This document shows, in pieces, positions 1-14,584 of a DNA stretch of 64,000 bases. This stretch comes from Amoeboaphelidium protococcarum X5 (Eukaryota; Fungi; Aphelidiomycota), in contig JALDTO010000162.1 in assembly GCA_023515725.1 (NCBI GenBank), positions 224,476-288,475 of the forward strand. The letters run 5' to 3'. The position numbers and the translations under genes are program-made. Positions within the stretch are counted from its first letter, which is position 1, and every line of letters starts with the position of its first letter. The notes below the pieces were generated by a model. It was given only the letters and a program-made list of their open reading frames with translations. It ran no database searches and was not told the DNA's origin.

Positions 1-219
1 TAAAAAGTTTCAGAACCAAAGCGTTCAGTTAGAATGAATACGCGTCTCAGAAACGGTTTTGGTAAAACGCTTCTCCTTTCACTGCTGCAGCGACTGACTA
101 ACTGACCCTTCTTCCGCGTACCGTGCTGCTTTTGTTTCAATTGCACTACTGTTGTGCTCCTTTAAACTACCCTAAAGTCGTGTATTTCAGGAATTAATTT
201 TTAAAAGTACATCAAGTCA

Positions 220-2081
220 ATGTTTAGTGGATTTAGTATTTACAGAAATAAAGTCAAAAGTGGAGGTTAATCTGGGCTATCTCAGCAGCCGTCTTTTGAT
301 ACCTTGTCGCCCAGTCAAGGATAGCTTTTACAGCTTGGACTGGAGTCTTTTGACAGTGTATTTAATGTAAGTTAACATCTCTTACCGTATTCCCATTAGA
401 TTAAATGTCATTGCAAAAGGTGATGTAGAATGTCTTGGGAAAGTATTCATAAGATGTGGCATAGTCTGTACTGGCCTACTTGGCGACTGAAGACGCAGAG
501 TCAACGGACGTTCACACGGCGATTGTTTCAAGCGACGCTCTGCTCATTCGGGACATTGTGAGCCGCTTGGATCAACTGCAGTTCAAGTCTATTCCCCTGG
601 ATGAAAGTAATTGTGGGAATATGAAGAGTGTATTGAAAAGTCTTGGATAATAATTGATATCTGTCAATGCTAATATTTCATCCATTGACGATTTGTTATA
701 GCATTAGGTGTCTTGCGAGTAGAAGTTGGTTATCATCTTGAGTAATGTTGAGTCAATGTAGACCGTGGTGTTGGAGCGCGTTATTTACATTATACACAAG
801 CTGAAGTAATCTTTTGGGCTGAATTTGATTATTGGCTGTGATTTGACTTTATCGTTTACCACTCTGGTATCTCACTCAGTTTTTAGTCTTATACAGGTGG
901 AGACTTTTAGTTTGTCGTCCAAAGGTGAACTTGTTGACGAGATTATGCAAGAATTATGGTCATGTACTTGTGATCCTTAACGTGGTCTTGATGGACTTGT
1001 CAATTTGTCTCATGATTCTCTAAAGTTTATCGTGGACACATCCAGATAGAGTCTTCTTCCAGTTGAAAAGCTTCATAAATTGTTGCAGTATACTTTAATG
1101 TCTCAGAGTTGTAGTGGTTGTAATTTGACTCTATTTGACACCTCTGAAATGGATCAAAAATCTATCGCATAGAATTTGCCTCTTGATAGAATTAGAATGT
1201 CTGTATAGTTTCGAGAAATGATTAGTTAAATGGTCAGCGATAGATCTACTATCACTCTGGCAGATTCTTTGCTACATGACGATGATTAGCTAAAGGAATT
1301 TCTTTCAAATTAAATGAGCTAGTTTCGACCTGTAAGAACCAATTTCTGTGCAACTGTACTGTTGCTCTTCTAGTTGCGCTCTCTCTTTGAAGAGAATGCA
1401 GCAATACAATAGTGCCCTGTATAATTTGCTGATTTTCTAGTGGAAGCTGTGTCCCCTGGATACATTTAAAGCAGTACATTCAATTAGTTGGTATCATTAG
1501 TTAAATATCTCACTGGCGAAAAGCTGATCAAGTTTTGTCATGCTGTCGTGTGTTTATCGGATAGAATTGCTGGATTCGATAACAATCTGTGTGAATAAGC
1601 AAATGCTTTACTATAGTGTAATGTTGATTAAATGACAAATTAGTCCTAATAGTTTATATCAACAGTGTAGCTCTTATGGAAGTAGTCAATCATATAAATA
1701 AGGTAGAACTGGTTGTATCATTTGTCCGTCTTTGATAATGTGCAACTTCTATAATAAACATTCAATCCACAGTATAGAAAACATTTACACGTGGCAATGC
1801 TCCATCCAAGAGGGTACTTGTATCCAGAAGGCGACAGAGTTGGTGTAGAAGACTGGTACGCGGCATACAAAATCTACCTGGAAAGTGGTAAACTTATCAA
1901 CTTACATGACTGGTACGTATCTTTTGCAACAATGGTGGGCAACAATGACTCTGTGGAAACATGCAATGTCAACAAGCATCTCTATGCTAGATTTCTAAGA
2001 CTTGTATTGGAATTCAATTACTTGGGATTCATCAAAAAGACTAATCGCAAAATTGACCACGTTCAAAAGATGATTTGGTGA
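220..2081 (+). CDS. ORC3: Origin recognition complex subunit 3 (~602 aa; intron 367-419)
   Basis: C-terminal winged-helix signature YKIYLESGKLINLHDWY...ARFLRLVLEFNYLGFIKKTNRKIDHVQKMIW. ATG 220 and a GTAAGT...AAAG intron join the frames; open to TGA when TAR=Gln. Confidence 0.85.
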
Positions 2082-2149
2082 ATAATATTGTGATAACGAT
2101 CAATGCACCTAAATACATTCTTTTTTATGATTATCACCAATTATCTTTG

Positions 2150-3841
2150 TCAGTAAGCGGCAGACTTGTGTTTGGGAACAAAAACAAAATCCTCATTGGC
2201 TTTGCCCAAAATCATCTCTGTCAATTTGATCCAATCTGCTGCATGATCTGATGCCATTAGAGTCTCCAACTCATTTCTACCACAAAATCGAGGTGGCTTC
2301 TCATTCATCTTCTGAGGTAGAACTTCCATCAGTCCAACCGGAATGTACCTGCAATGGAAACTCTGAAACTCCAACATGAATCTTCTGGTCTTGTTAACCC
2401 CCTGCGTGTCAGAGCCATAATGCGTCAGACCGTACTCTGCAAACTTTTTCATCATATCAAAGCGTTCACTCGCAGAGATATCCCATATGCGCTTCTCCTT
2501 AATCTCTGTGAATATCCATGGCTTTACCAGAGCACCACGTCCAATCATTACTCCATCGGCATTCGTGGTATCCAGACGATGCTAATACTCTTCATACGAT
2601 AGGACGTCTCCATTGCCAAAGAATTGTAGTCCATGATCCGCTTTAGCCGCGCGCGCAACCTGATCAATGTAATCCCAGTCGGCCAATCTGGAGTATCTCT
2701 ACTATCTACTACGCCCGTGCATCGTACAAAGAGAGTAGCCCAATTTGGAGTACATGTCCATATACTTGTGTGCCGTATTCTTATCCGAGTAAATGCCAGT
2801 TCTAAATTTCGCAGTCACAGGGACAGTGGACACTGCGGAAATACAGGTCAGAGACTTGAACATCTTGTTGGGACGAGAGAACATACCAGACCCCTGCTAC
2901 TTTTGGAATACTAAATCTATCGGACATCCCTAGTTGATATCTATGAAATCCACTTCCAGCTCCTTGCATATCACCTCCACACTTCTTGCCAGAACATCAG
3001 CGTGACCACCGCAGATCTGAATACCGTACAAGTCTTCGGACGCGTGTCTCTTTAACAGCGCCCACTCAGATGGTGATCCTTTGAGCAGTTGATCAGACAT
3101 GGCCATCTCTGAGCACGTGATATCCACACCAAAGTCCTTACATAGACGCCTAAATGGAAGATTACCCACTGTGGTCAATGGCGCGAGATAAGTCTTGCCA
3201 GCGAAATCAATCTTCTTACCACCGTGCTAAGCTTCCAAATCTACTGCACCAACATATTCCAAAATCTACTCCTTTGTGCCATCTTTATCGTGCATAAACT
3301 TTGGCAATTGATCATAGCGATCAAACTTGTACTAACGCTAGCGCAATTTAGATAGCAGATCGCGTTCTACCACGTTCGCAGTCTTAGATTACTCCAGCAC
3401 TTCTTCATCGACTTCCTTATTAAATTACTTTTTGGTCTATGGATCTGTGTGCTGCTTGTGAAATCGGCATTTTATCCCAAATTTGCATTAGCCAAAAGTC
3501 TCATAGTTGGGACACACATCGCCAATATCTTCTCCTCTACTGCGGAGATACTCATCCAGATCGTGACCTCCTTTACAATTTTACCCTTCGCAATGCAGAT
3601 TAAAAGCCATTCTATTACATAGATCATACTCCTTGCTATCATTGTACTCAAATTATCTCTTCTTATTCTGACCGCGTTTCTTATCAGCTGGTGGCTACTC
3701 TATGCCTTGATCATTGATTGTGGTAGTATCTTCCGGTAGAGCAACAGTAGTAATCTTTGGCAATACAAATTCTGGCCTAATGGGCGCTGTATCCAACTGC
3801 GGTCGCTGCGGATCTACTTTAATATTCAAATCCAAAGTCAT
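2150..3841 (-). CDS. DUS3: tRNA-dihydrouridine(47) synthase with N-terminal CCCH-like zinc fingers (563 aa)
   Basis: [41 protein letters not shown] and C-terminal FVPKHKS motifs; a single frame from ATG 3841 to TGA 2150 reading through TAR. Confidence 0.95.
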
Positions 3842-5149
3842 ATCTAATCTATTGATTTATGATAGTATTCATTCAAAGGGATAAGATTGCGAAAAAGGTT
3901 CAAATCTGGTAAAGTTGCCTACTCCGTGCGCTGTCAGATTCTAATTAGAATTTCCGAGGCGGATATTCTAAAGTCTAGCCTGCTCTCTCGCAACACCAAA
4001 ACTCATTTTGCGCTATTGCTGACTGATTTAGATGATTCAGTATGGTCGATATAGTATGTCCAATTAGTTTTCTAATATGCTGAAGTTGGCGACTCGCTGT
4101 GCTGTTACATTCTACTCTTTAGGATCGCTCAGTAAACTCCAGGTGAGGCGGCACCGAACCAGTGACTATTAAGCAGCATGGGGTAAGGTTAGAACACCAT
4201 AAAGCTGCCATTACTCAAAACTTAAACTATTCTGATAGTGAAGCACCTGTCTACTCTCCGATCTCAGCCTGGAATGTACAGTTTGCGGTTTTATCACAAC
4301 TCTGTCAAGTGGCATACTTCACACACCCGCATAAGCTCACTGTTATAACTCAATAATTTGTATAAAACAAGTATATCATCGGATGCGCTACAAGCTGGTA
4401 CCAATAAAATTGGTCATTACTTGAGTGGTGACATTGTTACCGTCAGTTGAACTCCATATAACACCATGTGTGGCTACTTTTGCACAATAAATCAACTAAC
4501 GTGCCGCCATAAAACACTCTCAACACTTCAGACCTTGATGGATCTATGGAGTAGACTATACAGATTCTATGAAGTCTTACTTCAAGTGCTAAATCGCCAG
4601 CCTCGAAGGTGAGATACTTTAGCCAGATTTTATGGCTAAAGTGTCTGACGTTATGAGCAGTGATGTTGAAACATACATACTTGGAGTAGAGGTATATTTT
4701 TGAATGCTCTTTAGAATTGTACTATTGAAAGTGGTCAAAGACTAACTGGTGACACTTTGAGAGCGGCGAGAAGTCCAGTTTTTACTACGCGCAGCCACTC
4801 ATTGCGCCACTGCGAGCGTCTTAGTGTCAAACTGCTCACTCACAACGGCAAAACTCATGCTAAGCATTTGCCGACTGCTTTAGTAAATTCAGAATGGTCA
4901 AAAGTGTATATCCAAGTAGATTCCAACTGTGCTCAAGTTATCTACTCGATGTGCTGTTCCATTCTAATTGATAGAATTGCTCGGTTAATCATAAACAAGG
5001 CCGCGCGAGCCAGTGTCTAGCTATTAGAATGCGCGCAGACAACATCAATACTCATGCTGCGCATTCGCTGGTTGCTGTGGGCGATTCATATACAAAAAAT
5101 ACGCTTATAATTAGAAAGTCTTATATGTAATAAGTAAAAGTACATTTGA

Positions 5150-6148
5150 TCACCACGCTGGTCCGCTATCAGCTTTAGCCATGTCTCCCCAACCGGCTTT
5201 CTCTTTTAAATCTGCAGGCTTAATGTCCTCTTGCATTGCTGATGAGTCTTTATGATTGCCATTGTCATTGTCATTGCTAATATTTCCATTGTTCAGAGCA
5301 GCAGGTGGAGATCTGGCACGATCATCATTCATATCACGACTGGAACGTCTTTCATCTCCCGGACGGTCGCCATAACTTGGTCTTCTATCATAACGGCCAC
5401 CGTTCTCTCTTGCAGGAGGAGGAGGATCTCTTCTGCCGTAAGATGATGAAGATGGTGGAGGCCCTTCCTGAAATCTTCTAGGCGGTCTGTCATCGTATCG
5501 TCTTGGAGGCGGCGGATAGTCTCTTCCACCACTACCACCATAGTCGCCCCCTCTGCCGCCTGGTGCACCATAACCTCCGCCCATTCTATCATCGTAGCCA
5601 CCAGGATAATAGTCGCCTCCTCTGCTTCCACCTCTAGGGCCTCCATAACCACCACCACCACGGCCAGCACCGGGTGAGCGAGATCTTTCGCGACCATAAC
5701 CACCACCTCCACTATAAGGCATAGGGCGATCATCATATCTATGCGGCGGCGGTCCTTATGGGTATCCTCTATCATAAGCACCAGCAGGCGGAGGCATTCT
5801 TCCACCACGACCACCGCCATCTCCAGACGGGGGTTCACGACAATCTCTGGCAAAGTGATTAGTTCTACCACAATTAAAACAGCCTCGATCCGAACGGTAA
5901 GCAGGATCTCCCATTGGTCTCCTTTCTCCTCTTGCAAAGTCAACCAGAATACCAGTACCAAGTACGGTAGACGAACCATTCAGCGCATCCAAAGCCTTCT
6001 TTGCATCCTCCTCGCTCTCATAGTTCACAAAGCCATAACCTTTACCGGGGATAACATCACAGCGCGACATTGGTCCAAACTTTTCAAACTGCTCTCTCAA
6101 CTACTCGCTGGTCACCTCTCTGCCCATTCTCGCCACGAATAAGCTCAT
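5150..6148 (-). CDS. SR-family RNA-binding protein: RRM + CCHC zinc knuckle + RGG/RS-rich tail (SRSF7/9G8-like, 332 aa)
   Basis: MSLFVARM (RNP2), KGYGFVNY (RNP1), CFNCGRTNHFARDC knuckle, RSRSP and RGG repeats. ORFs 5756-6100 and 5150-5722 are one frame joined by TAA=Gln. Confidence 0.9.
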
Positions 6149-6900
6149 AATTATAGTTATTTTTAATACGACTTAATTTACTGCGTGAGATCTACTAAAC
6201 TAAATTAGTTGTTAGCGTAAAAATAATAAAACTTTTCACAGATGGACTCAGACAGCGTTGGCATAAAAAGGGAAAAACTAATCGACCAGAAGAACTCTCT
6301 TATCGCTGAAGTGAAATGTAAAAAAAAATTCTTCAAATCTATTTGCCATGGAAAGCTGAAAAATTGCATTATAATTGCTATTACTGTAGGAAGAGTTACA
6401 GCATTCAATATGACAAGAGGCCGCGACAATAGCGAATAATAATGAAGCGAAGAGTAAAGCCTTACTACAACAAGCGTGCTTCATTAATGGAAACACGGTT
6501 CCAATATTAAAACAATATCGTTTTGTTAAGACTTCTAAGCACACACCTCACAAATTTAACTTTAACAAATTTCCTTTAAACTGTGGATAATACGAAAGAA
6601 CTGAAAATCACATTATTACACACTTCTTTTTCCAGAAAAGTATCCAGCTCTCAAAGCAATACACCAGTTAAACTCGGAATGATTAACATTAAGTACCAGT
6701 AACAAAAGCGGCGCCGAGAAGGAAATCAATCAGAACGATCAGCGAGCGACAGCAGAGATTAAAGCGTGCGTGAGTCACACGAACAGTTTAAACGCCCCTA
6801 AACAGCACAACAAAGAGGAACGATCGCGCGCGCTTCTTCTTCTCCAGATTTCGAGGTGGCGGCGCTGCTCTAGTCAGGAGAACGAACGAACGAACGGCGA

Positions 6901-8649
<1,749 letters not shown>

Positions 8650-8852
8650 ACAATCTGCGTCAAGCAGAAAAATTTAATTATATTTGGGATTAGTTCAATT
8701 TGCTTTTTCATGTCTTAAGTTTTATGGCTTTGTAGTATTAGCTTATCGATAAACTCTTTCAAATAATGAGTCTTAACGTGATGCCTTTTTAATGTTACTT
8801 ATGATGACTTATGGACCTTTTTCGATCATTGGGTATCTGAGATGGGATGTCA

Positions 8853-9647
8853 TCACAGTGAGGACCAAGGAAAAAGTAGTAAAGGAAACCGAATACAGGT
8901 GAACCAGGTATGTATTAACTTCAATTGATCAATATAGCAATAGATTTCAGTGGTCACGACAGAAAAGTAAAGATTGACTGACGCGTAATAAATTTCAGAG
9001 TCGATCACCGTTGGAACCTTACTGGTCACTTTTCCATTGGCAAATTCCAAGCAGATTTTCAGGCTTTGCATCCCGGAGAATGTCAAAGTCATCCGGGTTC
9101 TCTCTTCAGTCACAGAGTGCCAGACTCGGGAGCACAAGCGGACACCACCCTCAAAGCTTACCTCCTTCATAGAGCCGGCGAACGAGGAGAAGGGACTGCT
9201 AGTTTAAAACTCAGGAGCAAGAGGCAGAGGCAAGAACCTTCTCTCCAAAACAGAATTCTGAAGCATCAGTATACGCATCAGAATCAGAAAACGGAGTATT
9301 GGCAAGCTGGTAAGCAGAAAAGCAGGACATTCTTATGGCACTGCGCTAGCCCAAGACTATTGGTCCTTTGCAGTGCATGCTCTCAGTATGCCGTTTAACT
9401 CCATCGCTGAATCGAAGACAGCCTGATACCGTGGAGGGGTGGACGCGAATGCAAAGCTACTAGGGCCACGGCAACATCTTAATATTCGACGTAATTCTTG
9501 GACAGGCAGTTAATATTCCAATTAATGATGTCCGTGGAAATAGAGCCTTCTGGAACGCCCAACAGGCAGCAGCAGAGTAGCACACTCTAGCCACAGCGGC
9601 GGCGCCAAACATATTAGTAGTATCGATAGTAGTTGTAGATTAAGCAT
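8853..9647 (-). CDS. Hypothetical orphan protein, possible signal peptide (~264 aa)
   Basis: ORFs 9522-9770 and 8853-9170 share a frame with no TGA between them; hydrophobic start MLNLQLLSILLICLAPPLWLECA; no recognisable domain. Confidence 0.45.
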
Positions 9648-10558
9648 CAAATGCTTCACTAAAATCACACAAATCTCCAGCAATATACATTTTACTTTCG
9701 TAAATGTGTAGAGCCAGAAGAATAAGAGTAAGTGTGGGGTAATATTTGCACCTTGAGCATATTTCTTCATATTGTAGTTATAATAATACGTTTTGCATGT
9801 TTACAACAAGTACAATCACCATTTCACATGGACACAGCCCATCAACAACCGCAATTGAACTATCATCTTATGTTTCTAGGATGCCCAACTTTTCAATTAA
9901 AAACGCAGATTGCTCGCAGCACCACCACCAGCGGCATATGTGTACAAAGTTAGCATGGAATATGAGAGAGGAAAAGAACTAAGCCAATCGCCAACGCGTT
10001 TAAGAGCCGTTCGCCTTTTGTTGAAACGAGAAGAGGCGTTTCACCTACACGCGATCTCATGCTTTATTGTTTAAAAACCGTTTATTTTCAAGGACGGTAA
10101 TATGATTAAACACATGTGAGTGTACCAAATTTTAATCACACTTGAGTTACAGAGTAAAAGTAGAATTGTTACTTGTAATACACACATACACAGTGAGAAC
10201 TCATAGAAGGCATCTTGAAACAAGATCACATTAACCAAATGCAGGCATGTGACAATCATTAGGTAGAATTTACCAGGATTCAAGGATTATAGCAGCTGTG
10301 ATAATGGCATATCATCCTATAAGCACTCCTTGTTGTATCAAATTGTGTATATTCAACAAAAAGCTCTAATATGACGCGTTAACATTCAGCTTCACTACAG
10401 TGCAATCGAAAATAACAGGCACATCTAGTAAGTAACAGAAGAACCAGACGACGCGCTCAAATGTTTCAATTCTTTCTTTCTTTCCTTTCAAATTCACATT
10501 GAAGTTTTCACTCAATCCTGTTTTGAAACCATTATAATTAGTAAAGTCAGCAAAAATT

Positions 10559-11419
10559 ATGAGTTATGGAGCAGGTAGTTAGAAGAATAGTATGAGTGGC
10601 AGCTAGTAGAGTACGGCTCATTCTGTGATATTTGATGGTAATACTTCTCCACAGTCTCAATAGTAACAGTAGTACTACTCGCAAGGATAGTAGTAAGCTG
10701 GATATGGCAGTGATTAATTACAATTTTATAATAGTGGAATGTCGATGATGAATTAATAATAAGGATAGTAGTATAGCACATAGGGCAATTTCTCCATGGG
10801 TGGTGGAGTAAATGGCAATATTAGCGGTGTAATGGGTGGAGGTGGTGGTATAGATTCGAAAGATCGTCTATTTGTTGGACATCCGTTCGGCACTGGTGCG
10901 TATGCTGATGAAAGTCCTCTGTTGGAGGAACTCGGTATAAACTTCTCACATATATGGAGCAAGTCTGTTAGTGTCCTCAATATATTTCGGTCACCAGATA
11001 GACATATTATGGATGATACGGATCTTGCCGGTCCCATTGTCTTTTGTATTTTATTCGGATCGTTCCTTCTGCTGAGTGGTAAAGTACACTTTGGTTACGT
11101 GTATGGACTCGCCGTGGTCGGATGTGTGTCCATGTGGATGATCTTGAATCTGATGAGTGAGAATGGCATAGATGGGTACAAGACCAGCTCTGTGCTTGGC
11201 TACTGCTTGCTGCCAATGGTCATCCTGTCCAGTGTGTCTATACTCTTGAAGGTGGTTGGTCAAGTTGGTCTCATATTCGCCGTGCTCAGTATTGCATGGT
11301 GCACGTATAGCGCGTCTACTATGTTTGTCACTGTGCTGGGTATGAAGGATCAGAGATTGCTCGTAGGCTATCCTGTTGGACTGTTCTACACTGCATTTGC
11401 CATGCTCACTATATTTTGA
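10559..11419 (+). CDS. YIP1: Yip1-family ER-Golgi membrane protein (YIPF5-like, 286 aa)
   Basis: ESPLLEELGINF, DTDLAGP, SVLGYCLLPMV motifs and a hydrophobic C-terminus; Gln-rich N-terminus encoded largely by TAA/TAG. Confidence 0.95.
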
Positions 11420-11726
11420 TACATCATGTTTTTAAAACTTAAAGTCAAATATAAAAGATGGCCCTATAAAAACATTGATTCCTTATTACTCTTATCGTCA
11501 ATAATTACTAAAATTTGACCCAGATTAAAACTGCTATTATTAAAATTGATATTGATTAAAAGCTCGGCGATAAAGCTACCCTTGAATGGATGTTAAATCA
11601 TAGTGAAATGGTTAGCAGATACCATATATAGATACGTGTGTAGGTAGCATTCTTCCGATGTAGATGTTAAAATATAGATTGTAGGTACGTTCAACTTATC
11701 ATGCTTTGCCAGAATAGCCAGCTGAC

Positions 11727-13586
11727 TCAGCATAGTAAGTTTTTCACACTCAGCTTCTCCGTGCTGTCAGTGTTGTTGTTGTTGTTGTTGTTATTATTGG
11801 GACTTTCCTAACAGGATGATCCTCTCTTGCGCTAAGGCACCAAAGTCAGAGCATCAACAGTTCTCCCAGCACCAGACTGATGTGCCAAATCATCCGCCAT
11901 AACACTAACACTATCATCAGGCTTTACAGTTCTCTACTGACTGATGTCCTCTTTCAGCGGGATACTAGCATCATGAGTCTGATGGACAAAATCAGCACCG
12001 CCATTGCCATGTTCCCCAGCGCTCGCAGATGCGCGGCCATCCATCCCGCTATGCTATTGCATCGCCACATTCGGTCCTGGGGTACCATCACTATGAGCGG
12101 TGGAAGCAAAGTTGTTGGAGGAGGACGAAGAGGACGGCATAGAACTGAAGTTCATAGCATCTGAACTCATCCAAGAATGTGAAGCCAAAGTGGAATTGCT
12201 GACATAACTCTGAGATGGAATAGTGCTCTCAGTGATCGTATTACTAGGGATATTGGATACAGTGTTTGTAGTAGCAGTCGTTGTAGTCTTGGCCCCATTT
12301 GTAGCTGAGCCAGTCATATTAACCACACCGCCACCATCAACACCATTTGGGCGACCATCACTATTACCGCTGCTATTGATTTTATCCCCGCCGTTTCCAA
12401 TCCCACCATTCTCATTCAACTGCTCGCGCTCCTTCTTCTTCAACTTGGCATAGATAAGACCACATGCATTGCACAGAGTTCTCGGACCCAGCGGACCTTT
12501 GCGCCACTCTGGGGTCTCCGTCGCATGACAAGACTGACATTTTAACGGCTCCCCATCCGTACCAACTGAAGTGACTGTGCGTGAACGCTTACTACTGCTG
12601 GTCTTAATCTTCTTAATCTAGCTCAGTGGCCCAGACTTCAACTCGGAATCGCTGTTATTATTACTATTACTTCCCAGACTGCGCTATGACTGAGATGTCG
12701 GGAACAGCTGCTAAGAGTGATCACCATCAGAGGACTTTAGACTACTGAACTATACTAGATCACGTCCTTCAAACATGTTCACTATATTCTTTGCAGTGTA
12801 GTACAAGTCATTCAACGTCTGCACAGTAGGCACCTCCGACTGAGACAGAGCAGTCACATTATCGCACATGGACATGAGGATTCTGTATCTCTATATGTCC
12901 CAATACGACGGCTGGTTCACAGAGTCTGGCGGAGACACGGCCGGTTGCGGTAAAGACAATGAGCGCTATGCAATCTAGTACGAAAATGGAGCCTGCGATA
13001 CATGAATTCCATCACCATACCCGCCTCCACCACCTACACCACCAGGTGACATGGCGTGACGCAAGGAGTGCCCATCCATACCACCGCCACCGCCACCGCC
13101 ACTAACCCTTGCCACCTGTTAGAAATAACTGTCAACAACCACGGGAGGAGACAGGCGCGTATGACTAAGATCATTAGTCACGGCGGTCACACTCATTCCA
13201 GATGGAGTCGCAACGGATCTACTATTGTACGCATCAGAATGCCCAACGGGATGACAATTTGCATAATCAGTAAACACCGGCTAGCTTTCATACTAAGAGG
13301 GTGTCATCATATGCTACTGCAACATCATCTGTTACTACTACTGCTACTACTCCTACTAATGCTGCTACTGCTGCATCAAAGGTTGAAGCGAGTAAGGCTG
13401 TTACTGCTACGGGAACTGCTACTAATCGTCAGATCTTCTATGAAGAGCAGAAGATGAAGACGAGGATATAACACTATTCTGGTATTACATCCCAGGCCCA
13501 GATCTAGAAATACCATCCATTGTAGACGGAATTTATTGATGTTATTGTTGTTATTATTATTGGTGATAATTATAACCAAAATCCAT
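11727..13586 (-). CDS. GATA zinc-finger transcription factor (619 aa)
   Basis: CQSCHATETPEWRKGPLGPRTLCNACGLIYAKL (CX2CX18CX2C) at ~12450-12540; Q/N/G-rich low-complexity flanks; one frame from ATG 13586 to TGA 11727. Confidence 0.92.
11771..11798 (+). repeat. (TGT/TAT)n trinucleotide tract encoding poly-Asn in the GATA factor
   Basis: tgttgttgttgttgttgttgttattatt read directly. Confidence 0.8.
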
Positions 13587-14584
13587 CACTTCTATACTTT
13601 CTAATCTCAGATTAAATAACACTTAGCAAAAACGATATTTTATTGTCAAGTCTTTGTAGATGCAGTATCTATGTATTATATGTAGTCTACACTTACTTAC
13701 TGTACATACAGGGGGGATGATTGAATAATATGCACACAAAGAAATCTTACTAATAGAATCACACAACTCAGTAGTCACACACACAGTAATTGTAGATATT
13801 TAAGAGCAGATTCAAGATTTAACTGAGATGTTGATGATGATCGCGCAATGACTGGGAATGAGTGAAAATAAGTGCCTCAATAAGGGGAATTTCTATCGGC
13901 GATAGCTGTGATTCAAAAGCGAGTCAAGGGGTATCGACACTGTGTGTGAAAAGTGATCAAATTGTAATGACATTTCGCGCGGAGATTTTGATGCGCGGTC
14001 GGAATATTTGAAATAGGCCCCAGGGGTGGCCGATCGATTTTATAATGATTCACTTGTCTACACTCTGTATGTATGTTCTAGGCGTCCTCAAAAAGGGTGT
14101 ATATAGTAGCTTATCAGAAAGCGGCGTCGTGAATTATTTCTGAAATCAAGATGACGTATTTCAATTCAGACATTTTCATTTTTCTTCATCAAGGTTTTTA
14201 AAAGCATGACGATTCTTTCCGTTGGCTGACGTACGGCTGTAAACCAGAATTTTTTAGGAAAATCGGCAAAGAGAAAAATCATCACTTTCATTTATTCGTG
14301 TCGATCGTTTCAGCCCCAAACAGCGCGATGCCTCGGTCGATTGTCGCTGTCGTTTCACTATTGTTGTTAGTTGTTTCGCCGTCTTTCTAGCCGTGATTGT
14401 ATCCTTCCTTTCTTGTGTGCGTGTGCTCAAACAATCTCGCATAGGTCAACAACAATTGAGCGAGCATACTCGGCTATTCATCTCAAGATATTATTCCTCA
14501 TCATCCTGCTTTTGTATTATTGTATCTGTCTTGTATTGTATAACTTGCAACATTTTTTGAGGTATACAAGACTGATAAGTGAAG

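Noticed and set aside
5329-5979. 216-aa alternative-frame ORF over the SR gene, and antisense ORFs such as 7954-8646, 31765-32322 and 33603-34025
   Set aside because: Shadow frames of well-supported genes, with no recognisable motifs.
13290-13560. CTA/CTG/TTA-rich short repeats (also ~10650-10780, ~44860, ~58500) as satellite or CRISPR-like arrays
   Set aside because: They are poly-Gln coding tracts using all four Gln codons, with no repeat-spacer structure.
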